Shown piece by piece: positions 13,010-26,024 of a stretch of 64,000 nucleotides of DNA. This stretch comes from Octopus bimaculoides (taxonomy: Eukaryota), in contig NC_068983.1 of assembly GCF_001194135.2 (NCBI RefSeq), positions 34,185,079 through 34,249,078 on the forward strand. The letters run 5' to 3'. The position numbers and the translations under genes are program-made. The notes under the pieces were generated by a model. The model was not told the origin of the DNA, did not search any database, and was given only the letters and a program-made list of their open reading frames with translations. Each line of letters begins with the position of its first letter. Position 1 is the stretch's first letter.

Positions 13010-13640
13010 ACCTGTGTGGTTGAGAAGTTCACTTTATAACTACGTGATTTTGGGTCCATTCTTATTGCGAAGCACCTTGGGCAAGTATCGTCTACTATAA
13101 GCCTTCTAGTGAATTTCGTTCGAGGAAACTACGTGGAAGCCCGTCATTTATATACCGTTGTTTTCATGTTAAACTGTCATATGTCCAAATTTGTCCAAAT
13201 GCGTTCTTTTTTTAATATTTATTTTTGCTTGCAATTGCCAGTTTTTCGTCAAACTATCGTATCTCCAGCTGCTCCAAATGCCAAGAATTCAAATATTGTC
13301 AAAATGTAGTACAACGGTTTTGCTATAGAATGATAAAACTCTGTTTTCATTTTCTGAAAAAGCAATGTTTTGGCCTTACGACAATTTTGCAGGAACGATA
13401 TATATACATACATGTATGAGTATGTGTCTGTGTGTGAATGTGTAGTTTTGTTTGCCCTCTCATATGACTTGAAAACTGCTGTAGGTTTGTTTACATCTCC
13501 CGTAGACTTAGCGGTTCGGAAAAAGTTATCGATAGAATAAATACCATACTTACAAAGACAAGTCCTGGAGGTGATTTGTCCAACTATTCCCTTCAATACA
13601 ATATCCCAGTATGGTTGCAATCCAATGACTGAAAGAAATA
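13010..13640 (+). mobile_element. Diverged SINE (family B) split by an unidentified ~270-bp insert in its central TA tract
   Basis: 5' half gcaccttgggcaagtatcgtctactata...gaagcccgtc (13010-13152) and 3' half cttagcggttcgg...gatagaataa...atgactgaaa (13475-13640) match the copy at 44823-45221. Confidence 0.7.
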
Positions 13641-13928
13641 TACAATGCACATAAATTTATATATACTTGTAAGTGTATTTACGTCTATTTACCTCTACAA
13701 GCAATTTTTGAAACAAATAATTTTGACACCTGATTACGAAATTTAATGTACACTAAAATAAACACATGCAATCTGTAACATTTAACGTTTTGAAATTTCG
13801 TAGAAAGTGTATATTAGACAACAACATCGAAGTTTGAATTCAAAATTTTCATCCAAATACGAAAGTTTTTTTTGGATATTAATGCCTCACACGAAACTTT
13901 AAATTTTATACATACACATACACAAACA

Positions 13929-14227
13929 GGCGTGACGACAATGAATGTTACAGTAGATCCGATCCACTGAACAACCTGTTTGTAAAATCAATGTGCAATC
14001 CACAGAGGCACGTGTCCTTAATATAGTTCTCAGGGAGATTCAACGTGACAGAGAGTGTAAAATGGCAGGTCATTTGGATTAGAAGTGCATCTCACATTTG
14101 CCAGCTAAATGGACTTCAGTAACGTGAAATAAAGTGTCTTGCTCAAGGCCACACCACGCTTCCGAAATCGAACTCATAACGTTAAGATTGTGAGCCGAAT
14201 ACCGTAATTACTGCGCCACGTATCTTC
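13929..14227 (-). mobile_element. tRNA-headed SINE (family C, Meta-domain-like centre)
   Basis: Reverse strand reads gagttcgatttcgg (B-box-like) then ccttgagcaagacactttatttcacgtt, shared with 55525-55775. The Meta-domain assignment is from memory and unverified. Confidence 0.75.
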
Positions 14228-14319
14228 GCCATACACATAAACACATGCACAAATATATACATAATGCATATATCTGTGTGTATACAAAAATATATAGGAA
14301 TATATTGTGAAAAAATAAT

Positions 14320-14620
14320 AAAAAATTCGAAGACAAGGTAAAGAAAGAAGCATAGTGTATTAGCTTTACACTGAGGAAAAATAGAAGGAAGTCTTTTACG
14401 TCTCGAGCATACGCACTTCTACAGACAACGTAGAGAAAAGATGGAGAACGAAACGTGTGTCAGTTACATGGTCACTGCATGCTGAAATGACCGGAATTTA
14501 TAAAAGGTTGCTAGATGCATGAACGCAAAGGAAAAAAACGTTGAGGTGTGACTTGAGGCGTTGGACAACTATGATTTTGGCATGCGTGTGAAGACAATCA
14601 TGTTTGTGTAGGGAAATTAT
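14320..14620 (-). mobile_element. (TA)n-associated interspersed repeat, probably Penelope-derived
   Basis: Reverse strand ctgtagaagtgcgtatgctcgagacgtaaaagacttcc...ctaatacact aligns with 35403-35470. Confidence 0.55.
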
Positions 14621-15026
14621 ATCTGGCGTTATACTCTGTTCGTTTGTGCGTGCGTGCGTGTGTGTGTGTGCGTGCGTGCGTTGGGTGCATGCATATGAGT
14701 GATTGCGCTGCTTTCTGCTTGTACATGCATGTACGAGGATGTTATGTGTTTCTCAGTGAATAGAGGTTTTAGGTGGAAGAGAGGTAACAAAAGTAGTAGG
14801 TACTGGAAGTGTAGGTGTGCTATTACAGAAATATATAAATACACACACACACTACCACCATATCACTGTACTGATCAGCCTATCGGCTGTTGTTATGCAA
14901 CGCTGGTTTCAATGCGTTCTACTGCATTAAAGTAACTTTCAAATGATGCTACCTCACTGGCTAGGTGGGCTGGCGAGCATTATATCTGAACCTATATATG
15001 AATATATATCCCTTTCTGTATGTGTA

Positions 15027-16307
15027 CAGGGCATCTCAGAAAGATTTACCCATGTTTAAAACGCCTCCTAAAACATATCGGTTATGGTAATATTATCTAC
15101 ATTTTACATAAACATTTGCATATTTCTTTTGTTCATGTGTCTATTGTTTCGTTGGTCTATAACAGATTTGTAAACAAACATGACGTCGAGAGAGAAACGT
15201 GACCAGATCGTCGCTTTGAAAACAATTGGAGTGAGTAACAAGGGCATAAAAAAACAATTGAATGTGTGCCGTAAAACAGTGTTCAATATCTAGCAACGGT
15301 ATATGGTGTCTGCTACTACCTTTAGCAAGCCAAGTCCTGATAAGAAACGATAAATTCGTACCAAACTGTACTGCTGAAGCTGTGAAGAAGCGAATGAACT
15401 GAAATCCATGTAGGAGTGCAAGAAAAACTGGAAAAGCTCTTGATATTTCAAAATTTTCAACGCACAGAATTCTTAAACAGAGCGTAAAGCTAACTGCATA
15501 CAAGATATAATCCATGTAGTTAATTCAAGCAGCTTCCAAGAAGAAACGGCTCGACAGGGGTGATACCATGTTAGCTGAGATGAAGCATGCCGCTAACAAA
15601 ATGTTGATTTGGTCCGACGTGAGGATCTTCACTATGGAGACAGTTACCAACCAGCAAAATGATAAGCTTTATGTACTTGATGCAGGAAACATGCCCGAAG
15701 TTAGTAAGAATAATTTACGTCGTCAGTAGCCAGCTTCACTCATGGCGTAGGCTGCATGTGCATTTGATGTTTCCATGTATTCCTTGATCTTCATTGGTGC
15801 TAGTTTCAAGATCAACAATGAAGTTTATGTGGAAATGTTGGATGAGAAAGTGTTGCCTTGGGTCACAGAAAACTTTGGCGAGCGTTACATCTTCACTCAA
15901 AACGGGGCTACGATCCACACGTCCAATTTGACACAGAGGTGGTGCAAAAAGCACTTCAACGGTGTTTGGGACAAGACGATATGACCTTCCTCAAGTCCAG
16001 ACATCAATCATATGAACTTTGTTATCTGATCCATCTTAAAGAGTAATGCTCTCTCGTATTTAAATGTGTTAGAAATTAAGAAAGCCCTTCTGTCTTCGTG
16101 GGTCAAATTAGATGAAGAGGCTCATACAACAGTGACCACTCGTTTGAAGGCTATGATCAAGGGATAGGGTGATCATTTTGATCTGTAATTACTGCAATGG
16201 ATTGATAATTTATATTCGTACGTGTGCGCCAATTTTCATTATCCTACGCTAAGCTTCATTTGAATAATTAAGAAATATGAGTGGGTAAATCTTTCCGAGA
16301 AACCCTG
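15027..16307 (+). mobile_element. Full-length but decayed maT-family (DD37D) Tc1/mariner transposon, 1281 bp
   Basis: 26-bp TIRs CAGGGCATCTCAGAAAGATTTACCCA / CAGGGTTTCTCGGAAAGATTTACCCA (23/26), TA at the left end. Transposase remnants WSDVRIFTME...NQQND, KINNEVYVEML, VLPW, QNGATIHT, *PSSSPDINHMNF, with 37 residues between the positions of the 2nd and 3rd catalytic Asp (both now Asn). Confidence 0.92.
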
Positions 16308-17143
16308 TGTATATGAGTATATCCGTGCGTACATCATTGTAGAATACAACCAAAGTATCTGTTAAGCACTGTCTTTGAGAGGATTCTGTAATAAAATATT
16401 GGCAACGTTATCTGTAGAAAAAGTTGATATATTATTCTTAAAATATACTCTGCTCATCTAGAAACCGGTACAAAGACAATTCAAAAACGAATATATTGCA
16501 AATAACAATGACAACTCATCTGTAAAGTTAGTACATCGATGAACGCTTTAAAGATGAAGCTGTCAGTCATCACTAAACCCTCAACCTTTGGACTGTACAT
16601 AAGATATACCCATTCAACAAGATATATTGAATCTTCTATTTTTCTGTAAAACTTGTTGGTAACGCCATTGAGTATTTGTCTGNNNNNNNNNNNNNNNNNN
16701 NNNNNNNNNNNNNNNNNNNNNNNNNNNNNNNNNNNNNNNNNNNNNNNNNNNNNNNNNNNNNNNNNNNNNNNNNNNNNNNNNNNNNNNNNNNNNNNNNNNN
16801 NNNNNNNNNNNNNNNNNNNNNNNNNNNNNNNNNNNNNNNNNNNNNNNNNNNNNNNNNNNNNNNNNNNNNNNNNNNNNNNNNNNNNNNNNNNNNNNNNNNN
16901 NNNNNNNNNNNNNNNNNNNNNNNNNNNNNNNNNNNNNNNNNNNNNNNNNNNNNGTGTGTGTGTGTGCGTGTGTGTGTGTGTGTGCGTGTGTATACTTATA
17001 ACACTCGCACAAATAAACACACACGTCAATTGTGATGTGTTTTTTAAAAGATGTTATCGCAGTGAAGTGATTTCAGTCTGAATAATACTTTAAGAAGCTG
17101 TCTGAGAGTTCTACACATGTAAAACTTGAATCACCTGTTTAAT

Positions 17144-17285
17144 ATCATCATCATCATCACCGTCATCATCATCATCATCATCGTCATCATCACCATCTAA
17201 TTCTTCCTCGTCCTCCTCACCATCATCATCATCATACTCATCGTCGTCGTCGTCGTCATCATCACCATCATCACCATCTCTGTTG
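17144..17285. repeat. (CAT)n/(CGT)n microsatellite
   Basis: Directly visible. Confidence 0.9.
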
Positions 17286-17607
17286 TTGTTGAAAGTAATT
17301 ACATGTCATTTTTGTCTGGCGTTTTGATATATGTACTATATACTTTCAAATATTCAATGATTTTATTTTGCTGAATATTGCTGAAATTCGCATATCACCT
17401 GCTCTGAATAATATATTCTATTTTCACATCAACATGAAGACGAAATCGCTTCTTTTGTTATTCTCTTGTATCTTCATATCTACATATAATACAATCTTAA
17501 GGTCTCTATTATTTGTGTTATTGTTTTCAATTATGTTCATATGTTTGAGCTTCTTCATGAGCAAAGGCATTACCGATGAGTCTAACTCGTTTTTATTATA
17601 TCTAATA

Positions 17608-18192
17608 ATACTTTCTATTTTAGATACAAAGCCTGGAATTTGTGGAGTGGGGGACAGTCTATCACATTGTGCCCAGTGCTCAACTGGTACTTAATTTATC
17701 GACCTCGAAATGATGAAAGGGAAACTCGACCTTGGTGGAAATTGAACTCATAACGTAGCGGAAGACGAAATACCTATTTCGTTATTGCCCACAAGGGGCT
17801 AAACATAGAGGGAACAAACAAGAACAGACGAACGGATTAAGTCGATTACATCGACCCCAGGGCGTAACTGGTACTTAATTTATCGACCCCGAAAGGATGA
17901 ACGGCAAAGTCGACCTCGGCGGAATTTGAACTCAGAACGTAACGGCAGACGAAATACCGCTAAGCATTTCGCCCGGCGTGCTAACGATTCTGCCAACTCG
18001 CCGCCTCTCAAAAGGATGAAAGGTAAGGTCGATCTTGGCGGAGTTTGAACTCAGAACGTAATGCTAGGTGAAATACCGCTAAGATCTTCGCCCGGCGTGC
18101 TAACGATTCTGCCAGCTCGCCGCCGTCGGAAGACGAAATACCGCTCAGCATTTCGTCCGGCGCGCTAATGATTCTGCCAGCTCACCGCCTTT
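17608..18192 (-). mobile_element. Stack of three tRNA-headed family A SINEs (Deu/Nin-like central domain): older copy 17608-17774 + 18127-18192 enclosing a well-preserved copy (17775-18006) and a partial copy (18010-18124)
   Basis: Reverse strand head aggcggcgagctggcagaatcgttagcacgccgggcg, B-box gagttcaaattc, centre gccgaggtcgactttgcc.ttcatcctttcggggtcgataaattaagtacc. The 16-mer cggaagacgaaatacc occurs at 17759-17774 and 18127-18142. Confidence 0.9.
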
Positions 18193-18208
18193 ATTGTATC
18201 TAATAATA

Positions 18209-18395
18209 AAGGCAGCGAGCTGACAGAATCGTTAGACGCCGAAAAAACTGCTCCGGCTTTACATTCTGAGTTCAAATTCTACCAAGGTCGCATTTGCTCT
18301 CATCCTTCCGGGGTGGTTAAAATAAATTCAGGTTAAGCACTGGGGTCAATGTAATAGACTTACACCCTCTCCTGATACCAAGATTTGAAACCATT
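18209..18395 (+). mobile_element. Diverged family A SINE, head-to-head with the preceding stack
   Basis: aaggcagcgagctgacagaatcgttag...ttctgagttcaaattc...gcactggggtcaatgtaat. Confidence 0.8.
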
Positions 18396-19797
18396 ATATC
18401 TATTACTGCATTCTGCGTATTGTTACATTTATTCAGTTAGCGTCTTGTGATTATAAGAGATTTCGTTGGAATGGCTAAAATATTGGGGAACCGGATATAA
18501 GTTTATTTGTTTTCATATTTGTCTTATACATCTATATTAAATTAAATAAGTCACTTGATTTAAGGCTATCACAATTCCCTTGAGATATCTTTTTGGAATC
18601 TAATTCGCACGAAGATTTAGACCAGTTCTTTCATCAGAAGATAACCCGCATGATTACGCCCCTCTTTCTCCTGTGTTCATAATCCTAAATGTCATAGTCG
18701 CTCCTGCTCTTTCTCTGACCAAACAACAGACTGAAGGTATGTGTCGCGATATATAATTTTACTTTTCCAGAAAAATATAATCGTTTAAGATGAAAAATCG
18801 GTAGACGCCAACTGGATAATAGCATTGTCAAATCAAGGTTTAAAAAAATTATTGTACACAAGACAAAACAAGTAACACTAGAAAACTAAAACACCATTAA
18901 GATAAGAATGAACACACATTATCAGGAAATGAAAATATTCTATGATATTATTCTTGTAGTCATGACGTTTGCTCGTAAGTTACCCAGAACTATAGAAGAA
19001 AAAATCGAAGACAATCAAAATCTTTAACAGAATGAAACACGCAGGAGTGTTAAACTTTGAACAACCTCGGCTAGAGAAAGAATATGATTACCTAAACGAA
19101 GTCATTAACATAAGGACAAAATGTTTTGAAGATCTATGAATTTATACTTCAAAATAATTACAAGGACATCAATAAAATGTAAAATAAAATATTCACAGGT
19201 CCTGTTAATTTTTTTAATACAATCTATAGCTTCATTATTGTCACACGCTAGAATGGTGCGTTTGAATTATGAAACTTTTAGATTTGTGTTTCAAAATATA
19301 CAAATTTTAATGTGCAACCGAATATAATTATTACGTCCATTAGGGATGTTCTCATCACTATATCATTAAGTGCGATAAGGTCTATGTTTCGCTGAAGAGG
19401 TTTGATAACATTAAAACATATTCAGAGTTGTCTTTTGTACTAGCGTGTGTTTAAATAATGTTAGTCATTCAATTAATGGTCTCTTTTCCTCATGGCACGA
19501 ATATTGCTAATTTGAAACCTCTCAACACTATATTACCTATTGATTTTTATGTGGAAGTCGTCTCTACGAATTAACCTAAATCAATTATTATTTACTTTTT
19601 TTCAATAAGAAGCAATTATCATTAAGATCTAGTTACTGCTTAAATCTTTACCAATTTTTATCAATCAGACATAGGTTACTTGGTTTATCGGTTGCTTGAC
19701 TATTTGTGATTTACAATTTTATTTCTCTAGATACACTATGTATACCAAGGTGAGGAGCACGAATACTCCAAAATTAGTTCGTTGGCGTCGTTGTGAT

Positions 19798-19860
19798 CTT
19801 CTTCTTCTTCTTCTTCTTCTTCTTCTTCTTCTTCTTCTTCTTCTTCTTCTTCTTCTTCTT
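19798..19860. repeat. (CTT)n microsatellite
   Basis: About 21 perfect units. Confidence 0.95.
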
Positions 19861-19904
19861 TACCTCCTACTCCCTTTACTTTAGACTATAGCCGCCAATG
19901 ATTA

Positions 19905-20818
19905 TGATAAGCGATAAAGCGTTCGCTTTGCAATCATGTGGTTTAGTCCCACTGTGCAGCACCTTGAGCAAGTGCAGACTACACTATTCTTGGATCAAAT
20001 GACATGTGGGTGCATTTTGGAGATGGAAACTGGCCAGATTGGAGCAATCTCGAGTATAACCAGCCGAAATTGCAAAGATAATCTGGAACTCGACTGAGGA
20101 AAGAAAACTCTGACTGACGCGTCCTTGTTTTCTTTGTATCGTTTATCTGTATGTTTTGTGTCCCATTTTTTATATCACCTAACTTTCTGGATGTTTTGCG
20201 TTCTTGTCCTATTTTGTATTATATATATATATATATAATACAAAGTGGGACGATATATGTGTCAACACACATACATACACCCCATACTTACACATACACA
20301 CACACGTTTGTGTGCGTTTCTCTTTCTGTCTATGATTGACCAGCGTTGTCGGTTTCTTTATGCTTATAAGTTAAAGTTTGGCAACAACGTTTGGTGGGAT
20401 TAGTACAAGACATAGAAAAATATGTGCTGAGGTTGATTTGTTTCACTAAACCAGCGGTTCCCCGAACTTTTTCGGGCTGCCGCCCCCTTGACACCCGGGC
20501 AACATTCCTAGCGAGCGCCACTCCAACTAACCATCCCAAGCATAAACCACTTTCTGAAGCAAATTCAAAGCAACTGTATTTCACAAATGAGATTTAACCT
20601 AATGGACTCATTATTTTGTTTATTATATGAATCGCTACCCCATTATCGCTCCAATTTTTATATGAATCGATACCCTAATATTCCAACACTTTTCTTCAAT
20701 GCTCCCTTGGAACTTTACACCACCCCAAGGGGGCAATACCACCCACTTTGGGAACTACTGCACTAAACTTTTCACTGTAGGTGCTTGGCCGTAGTCCATT
20801 GACTGAAATAAGTAAAAG
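19905..20818 (+). mobile_element. Old family B SINE carrying two nested insertions (a TA-flanked repeat at ~20040-20220 and a hAT MITE)
   Basis: Head ttagtcccactgtgcagcaccttgagcaagt (~19945); 3' part resumes after the MITE as ...ccattgactgaaataagtaaaag. Confidence 0.65.
20452..20760. mobile_element. Non-autonomous hAT-type MITE (309 bp)
   Basis: Perfect 8-bp TSD CACTAAAC at 20444-20451 and 20761-20768; imperfect TIRs CAGCGGTTCCCCGAA / CAGTAGTTCCCAAAG. An 8-bp TSD and CAG..GTTCCC termini are typical of hAT (Charlie-like) elements. Confidence 0.88.
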
Positions 20819-20943
20819 GGGGGGGGGTCGGAGATATAAAATAGCATTCGATAGCTGATAGTCCTGATGTTTTATAAGCACATTCTCTATAGAACACAAT
20901 AAACAACAGATTTTTGAACACATATCACCCTTTTCTGTTATTG

Positions 20944-21156
20944 TTTTGTACTCTAGGCACAATAGCCGAAGTTTTTAGGGAGGGAGCCTGTCGATTAAAT
21001 CGACCCCAGTACGCAACTGGTACTTAATTTACCGACCCTAAAAGGATGAAAGGCAAAGTCGACCTCGGCGTAATTTGAACTCAGAATGTAAAGACTGATG
21101 AAATACCGCTAAGCATTTCACCCGGCGTGCTAACGTTTCTGTCGGCTCACCGCCTT
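20944..21156 (-). mobile_element. Family A SINE, full length
   Basis: Same head, B-box and centre as 57144-57360, with tail ttgtgcctagagtacaaaa. Confidence 0.9.
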
Positions 21157-21229
21157 TCACCCTTTTCTCTTATCAGTGCACAACGTGGAGTAGGTTGGAA
21201 TTGGCTTTTGCCTGCCATTACTGTCTTGC

Positions 21230-21460
21230 TGAACACCGGACTATATTGGATATATTCTCGAACGTTCCGTATAATAACAACAGACAAAGTTAATTCAACG
21301 ACATTATCAATATTAGTGGCAGAATCGGACAGCATAAATTACAAGACCTCCCGGAGAGAATAATGGAGAATCGAGATTCCTTGCACGGATTTCTGTAGAC
21401 GGTGGTCATAATAATGATGATGATGATGATGATGATGATAATGATGATGATAAGGAGGAG
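21230..21460 (+). mobile_element. 3' end of an RTE-like LINE with (GAT)n tail
   Basis: Frame DIINISGRIGQHKLQDLPERIMENRDSLHGFL* resembles RTE ORF C-termini (..QDLPNAM.DR..W); followed directly by a GAT repeat. Confidence 0.5.
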
Positions 21461-23739
21461 GAAGAGGTTGTTTATGCTGATGTACAAGGAGGAGGAAGAG
21501 GAGGGGCGGAGAAGAAGAGTATGTTTGTGTGGGTCTTTGTGTCCGTGAAACCATTTATGATATATTTTTTTTTATTGAGTGCCCCTGTGGCCAAGAAAAT
21601 AATTTTTTAAACACTCCATGGGTGATCACGGTTTCCGCTTCGCTGTTTCTGACATGATAATCACCATTTCCATTAGCATCAACATTGCCCTATGCATAAA
21701 AGCGTTGACTACAAAATACACGAAATGCCAGACAAAATACGTTATGCAATGTCACATACCTTTCTGTACCTACAACTATTTAACACTGAGACCTTTCATC
21801 TTCAATATAATAAGTACCAACACTGTACGACAGTCGATATAAATAGCTGTTCCTTTCTATAATGTGTCGTCTTGCCACGTTTGACCCCATATACTTTTAT
21901 TATTATGTAAGACAGGCATATGAGTGTGAGGAAACTGGAGAACGTCGGACTAATTGCCTAACACTATTTACTTTCATTCTTCCCGTAATAAATTTGCTTT
22001 AGATCGATATTGTAAGTTCCCTCTAGTACTGATGTGTATTAGATCGATCGACTGTACGCTTTGTGCTATAAATTATTGCACACATGCTGTTGTGAGAATT
22101 CAGTATTTTATGCTTTGGCGTTATATAATATGGAAGCATTTCTAGTTATTTCAGACTTTGTCAAGAATGCATAAAGAAACTTTAATAATTTTAAGAATAG
22201 TATTTTCCTACGTAAGTATACAACAAAATATATTACACATAAAAGATCAACCAAATAAATAATACAGAAGAATAAGGCAATGGAAAATAAAAGCAAGAAT
22301 ATACAAAAAGTATGTAAGCCTATAGGAAAATAAATACTTCACTGAGTTTCAGTTTATTGCATGCAACTCATAACGCAATATTTTAATATCATACCAATAT
22401 TCCCAGCAAATTATACACAGAAGAAGTAAGAATCGTGCAAATGAAGTGATTTGTCAAATGTGTGCAAACATATTTATTAATACTTCAATGGTTAATTTTT
22501 CAAAGGAAAATTAATAATAAACACATTTTAAGAGAAAATTTGGTATGGATATTCTGCCAATGGTTTTCCTGTTGATTAAATATTACAAGCAGGAGGCATT
22601 GATCTAATTCAAACAACTCACATGTTTGTGTAAGTTTAATAACATTGGTTCAAAAATATTATTATGTGAAATTAAACCAGTGGAGCGGTAGATTCGATAG
22701 AGTACCAAACGTCATATTTTCGCTTTGTGTGCTTTCTCTGGGCGCGACTTATAATTTTCTTCTATCGAAGACAGGAAAATAATAACCAAGCATGCGATAA
22801 CATTTACGTATCAGATCATATACCTTCCCGAGAATTTTGTTACATTGTAACCAATGCCGGGAGTCCTTATTTTTACGCAATTATCTGTATTAGAGACTAG
22901 GGAGCCTCGGCCTTAATCTATTTCTCAATTTGTATTCATCCCTGTGTTCTGTTTTCAAGTCACGCCTGAATCAGCTTTTCATTTCGTATGCTTGGCAGCG
23001 TTTCAATCAATATCACTACTTTGCGAATAGTAGCAATATTTGCCCTAATAACCTTGGATTATACCTTTTAATTTTAATTCTGTTCACCGCTAAAAAAGGG
23101 TAATCGTCATATTGTTTTCATGGCTAGAACTGAGCAGATTTATAGTGTTGATGTTTAACTTCAAGATTTCCTAAGTTCCTGATTGTATAAAATAAAAATA
23201 AAACTTAGGAAGTAAGAATTAAACAGATAAGGTCAGTCGGCACCTGACGGGATGAGAAAAAGTATTCATGCCGCGATGCATGAGAAAGATGGGCCTCGAC
23301 TGAAATAGTATGTAATGAGGTGAGATAGTCATGCAGAGTGTTTCATAGACAGTTGATTAATATAGATCTGGATGAAGGTAGTACGCTGCAAGCTATTCTA
23401 GAAGAGCACATGTTATAATAGTAAGCACGAAGATGAAGGCGATTATAAAGGGTTGTTGAGTGAGTCTGCACCAGTCTGTCGGACAGTCTTCGTTTGAAAT
23501 GTTCTCGGATATTTGTGTTAGTAAAATGACATATGCTTCCCTTATTATTACTTCGGTTCTTTTTTTGGCATTTTTGAAGTTTTAACTTAATGAGAATACA
23601 TCTGTTTATACAAATAAAACTTTTACGTATCACCTCATTAGTCGACCTCGCAAAAATCATGAGATTGAAAATTGCTTTAGGTGTCTCTGTAATACGAGTT
23701 ATTATAGACAACCTTATAAAATATATATTTGCTCTCCCA

Positions 23740-23922
23740 TTTGTGACCCAGCAGAACAACGAGCATGTGACAACAGGAAGACGAAAGCGCTGCTTCAACA
23801 CTAAGCTAGTCATTAGTGCCCTGTTTAAGGGCACAACGCTCGCTGCCTGGCCTCAGAAGCAAACCTACAACATTACAGTCGTGAATCCAATATGTTTACC
23901 ACTAGGCCACACACTTTTACAC
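23740..23922 (-). mobile_element. Diverged family C SINE head
   Basis: aagggcacaacgc...gtgaatccaatatgtttaccactaggccac resembles the head at 14160-14227. Confidence 0.55.
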
Positions 23923-24421
23923 ATGTGCCTTCCTTCTACACAATGATTGCTTCGCCAAACCACTTACCCTCAAATGTTTAAGATCATTATCTCTAACCAT
24001 TCAGTAAAATGCGGACGTAATACACAAGGCATTAGTCACGGTGCAACCGTTTCTGTTTTGCATGGAATTTATGGTGGATTTTCGCCCACATTATAGAGCG
24101 AAAGCGAGTGGTTTACTTATGTTATTTTTTTTATTATATGTGCTTTAAAGAGTGAAGTAAAATCTTCAGGACCTTTATCATCAGCTCCTAATTTCCATTA
24201 CATCACATCTCGGTGATTTTATTTTCCAACTAGAAGTGAAATTATTAAATTAGATTTACATACTGATATCAAGAATTTACAGAGAGCTATCTATACAACT
24301 GCTTAGGAGAAATTGACAATGGTAATACGCAGCAATGAAATGTGAATAATTTAAAATGTTGCTGAAGAATAAGAATCGTACATTAAAAAAACTAAGCTTA
24401 ACACTAAAGATATGATAATAG

Positions 24422-24422
<1 letters not shown>

Positions 24423-24474
<52 letters not shown>
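24423..24474. repeat. (CA)n microsatellite
   Basis: Directly visible. Confidence 0.95.
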
Positions 24475-24478
<4 letters not shown>

Positions 24479-25039
24479 CCCTTCAAGAGATATAAAACAT
24501 CTTCAAGAAAGTCAATGTGTAAAGTAAGTAAAACAAAAACTAGGAAGCTCTTAAAATTCTAAAACCACTAACGCAAACCTGATGGAGATAGTAGAAATGT
24601 TTTAAAATGAAAATAAGAAAGATATGGAGGTATGAAAGTAAAATTGAAGATACAATTAAGCTGTTAAGAATGGTGCAAAATATATACGTGCAAAAATTGA
24701 AAGAAAGCCATTCAGAGCTAACAATACAATACCCAGATCGAAAATAGCTCTACCAGATCCCAAAAATAACGACGCCACATTTTGTTTTGACAATTATGCA
24801 CTCAACACAAACTCAATTCGATGACAAACTAATGATGTAACACAGGCCCCATTATACATACTCTACGCACCAATCAGCAAATAAATTAACAAAGCACATA
24901 CGATTGCAAATCTATACTCGATGCTATAACATATCTCATACATTTTATAGTTTTACTCAAATAATATAACACAAAAACAACCTATTCTACCCAAGCAGAA
25001 GAAATTTTGTTCAAATCATTTAGCACTTTAACTCACACA

Positions 25040-25186
<147 letters not shown>

Positions 25187-26024
25187 ACAGCACACGCATA
25201 AATATATATTGTAACACAGACCCATGTATATAAATGTGTACATACATATACCGATACATTTGTATATAGGAGTTATTCTTTGGGGGTTATCCAAACGCAC
25301 GGTGTTAAAACGCGCCATCTCCTTAGTCTTCCTGCAGTTTGGTGTGCATTGAAACTTTTCCATCGCTTGTTCTGTTTTTTATTCTCTGTTTTTTTTTGTT
25401 TTTTTTTTTCGTGACTTCAATAAATTCCCTTTCTGGGGAAATGTACTCTTTTATCAACAGTAACATGCCTCACTCTTCGGTTGAACACAACCCATATATA
25501 AATAAATAAATAAAGCATTTTATTTTATATGTTAGCAAAGCAATAGTTAATGGAATTCTTGGCATCAACATCGTACATCTATGTAATGTGTAACGGTATT
25601 GTTGTCGATGAAACTTTTCTTTATATTACATAGGATGCTTATTAGGATGGCAATTTGCACTTCTTTCTTCTAGTGAAATCATAATTGTTTCATTTGCAAG
25701 TTTTCGTCTGTTTATCATCGCTTTATTTTGGGTCTATCCTTTTAATTTCGCTTTCGTGTATTCGAAAATTATTTCTTCATATTCTTTTCGGCAGAACATC
25801 CAATAATAGATCCTATTTTGGTAATTTTTCTCCCCCTCTTCTTCCTGGTTGCATTGTAAACACCAAGGAAATGAATCGAGAAAATATCTCTATACTACAC
25901 ACCATATAGTTTCTCCAGTTTTGCCATACATATCCAAAATATTTGAAGTCCTTTATTCGGAAAGTTTTGCAATTGAGGAATTACTAAAATATCATTTTAT
26001 GTTACTGTAAGAGGCATCTGATAT

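Noticed and set aside
18638-18736. Plus-strand 99-nt open phase-1 exon candidate (EDNPHDYAPL...), plus candidates at 22003-22011, 25795-25820 and an acceptor at 30146
   Set aside because: No coherent plus-strand model could be built. An antisense gene is possible but unsupported.
23343-23946. Overlapping 163-aa (-) and 118-aa (+) ORFs
   Set aside because: No recognisable domain or clear splice boundaries; part overlaps a decayed SINE head.
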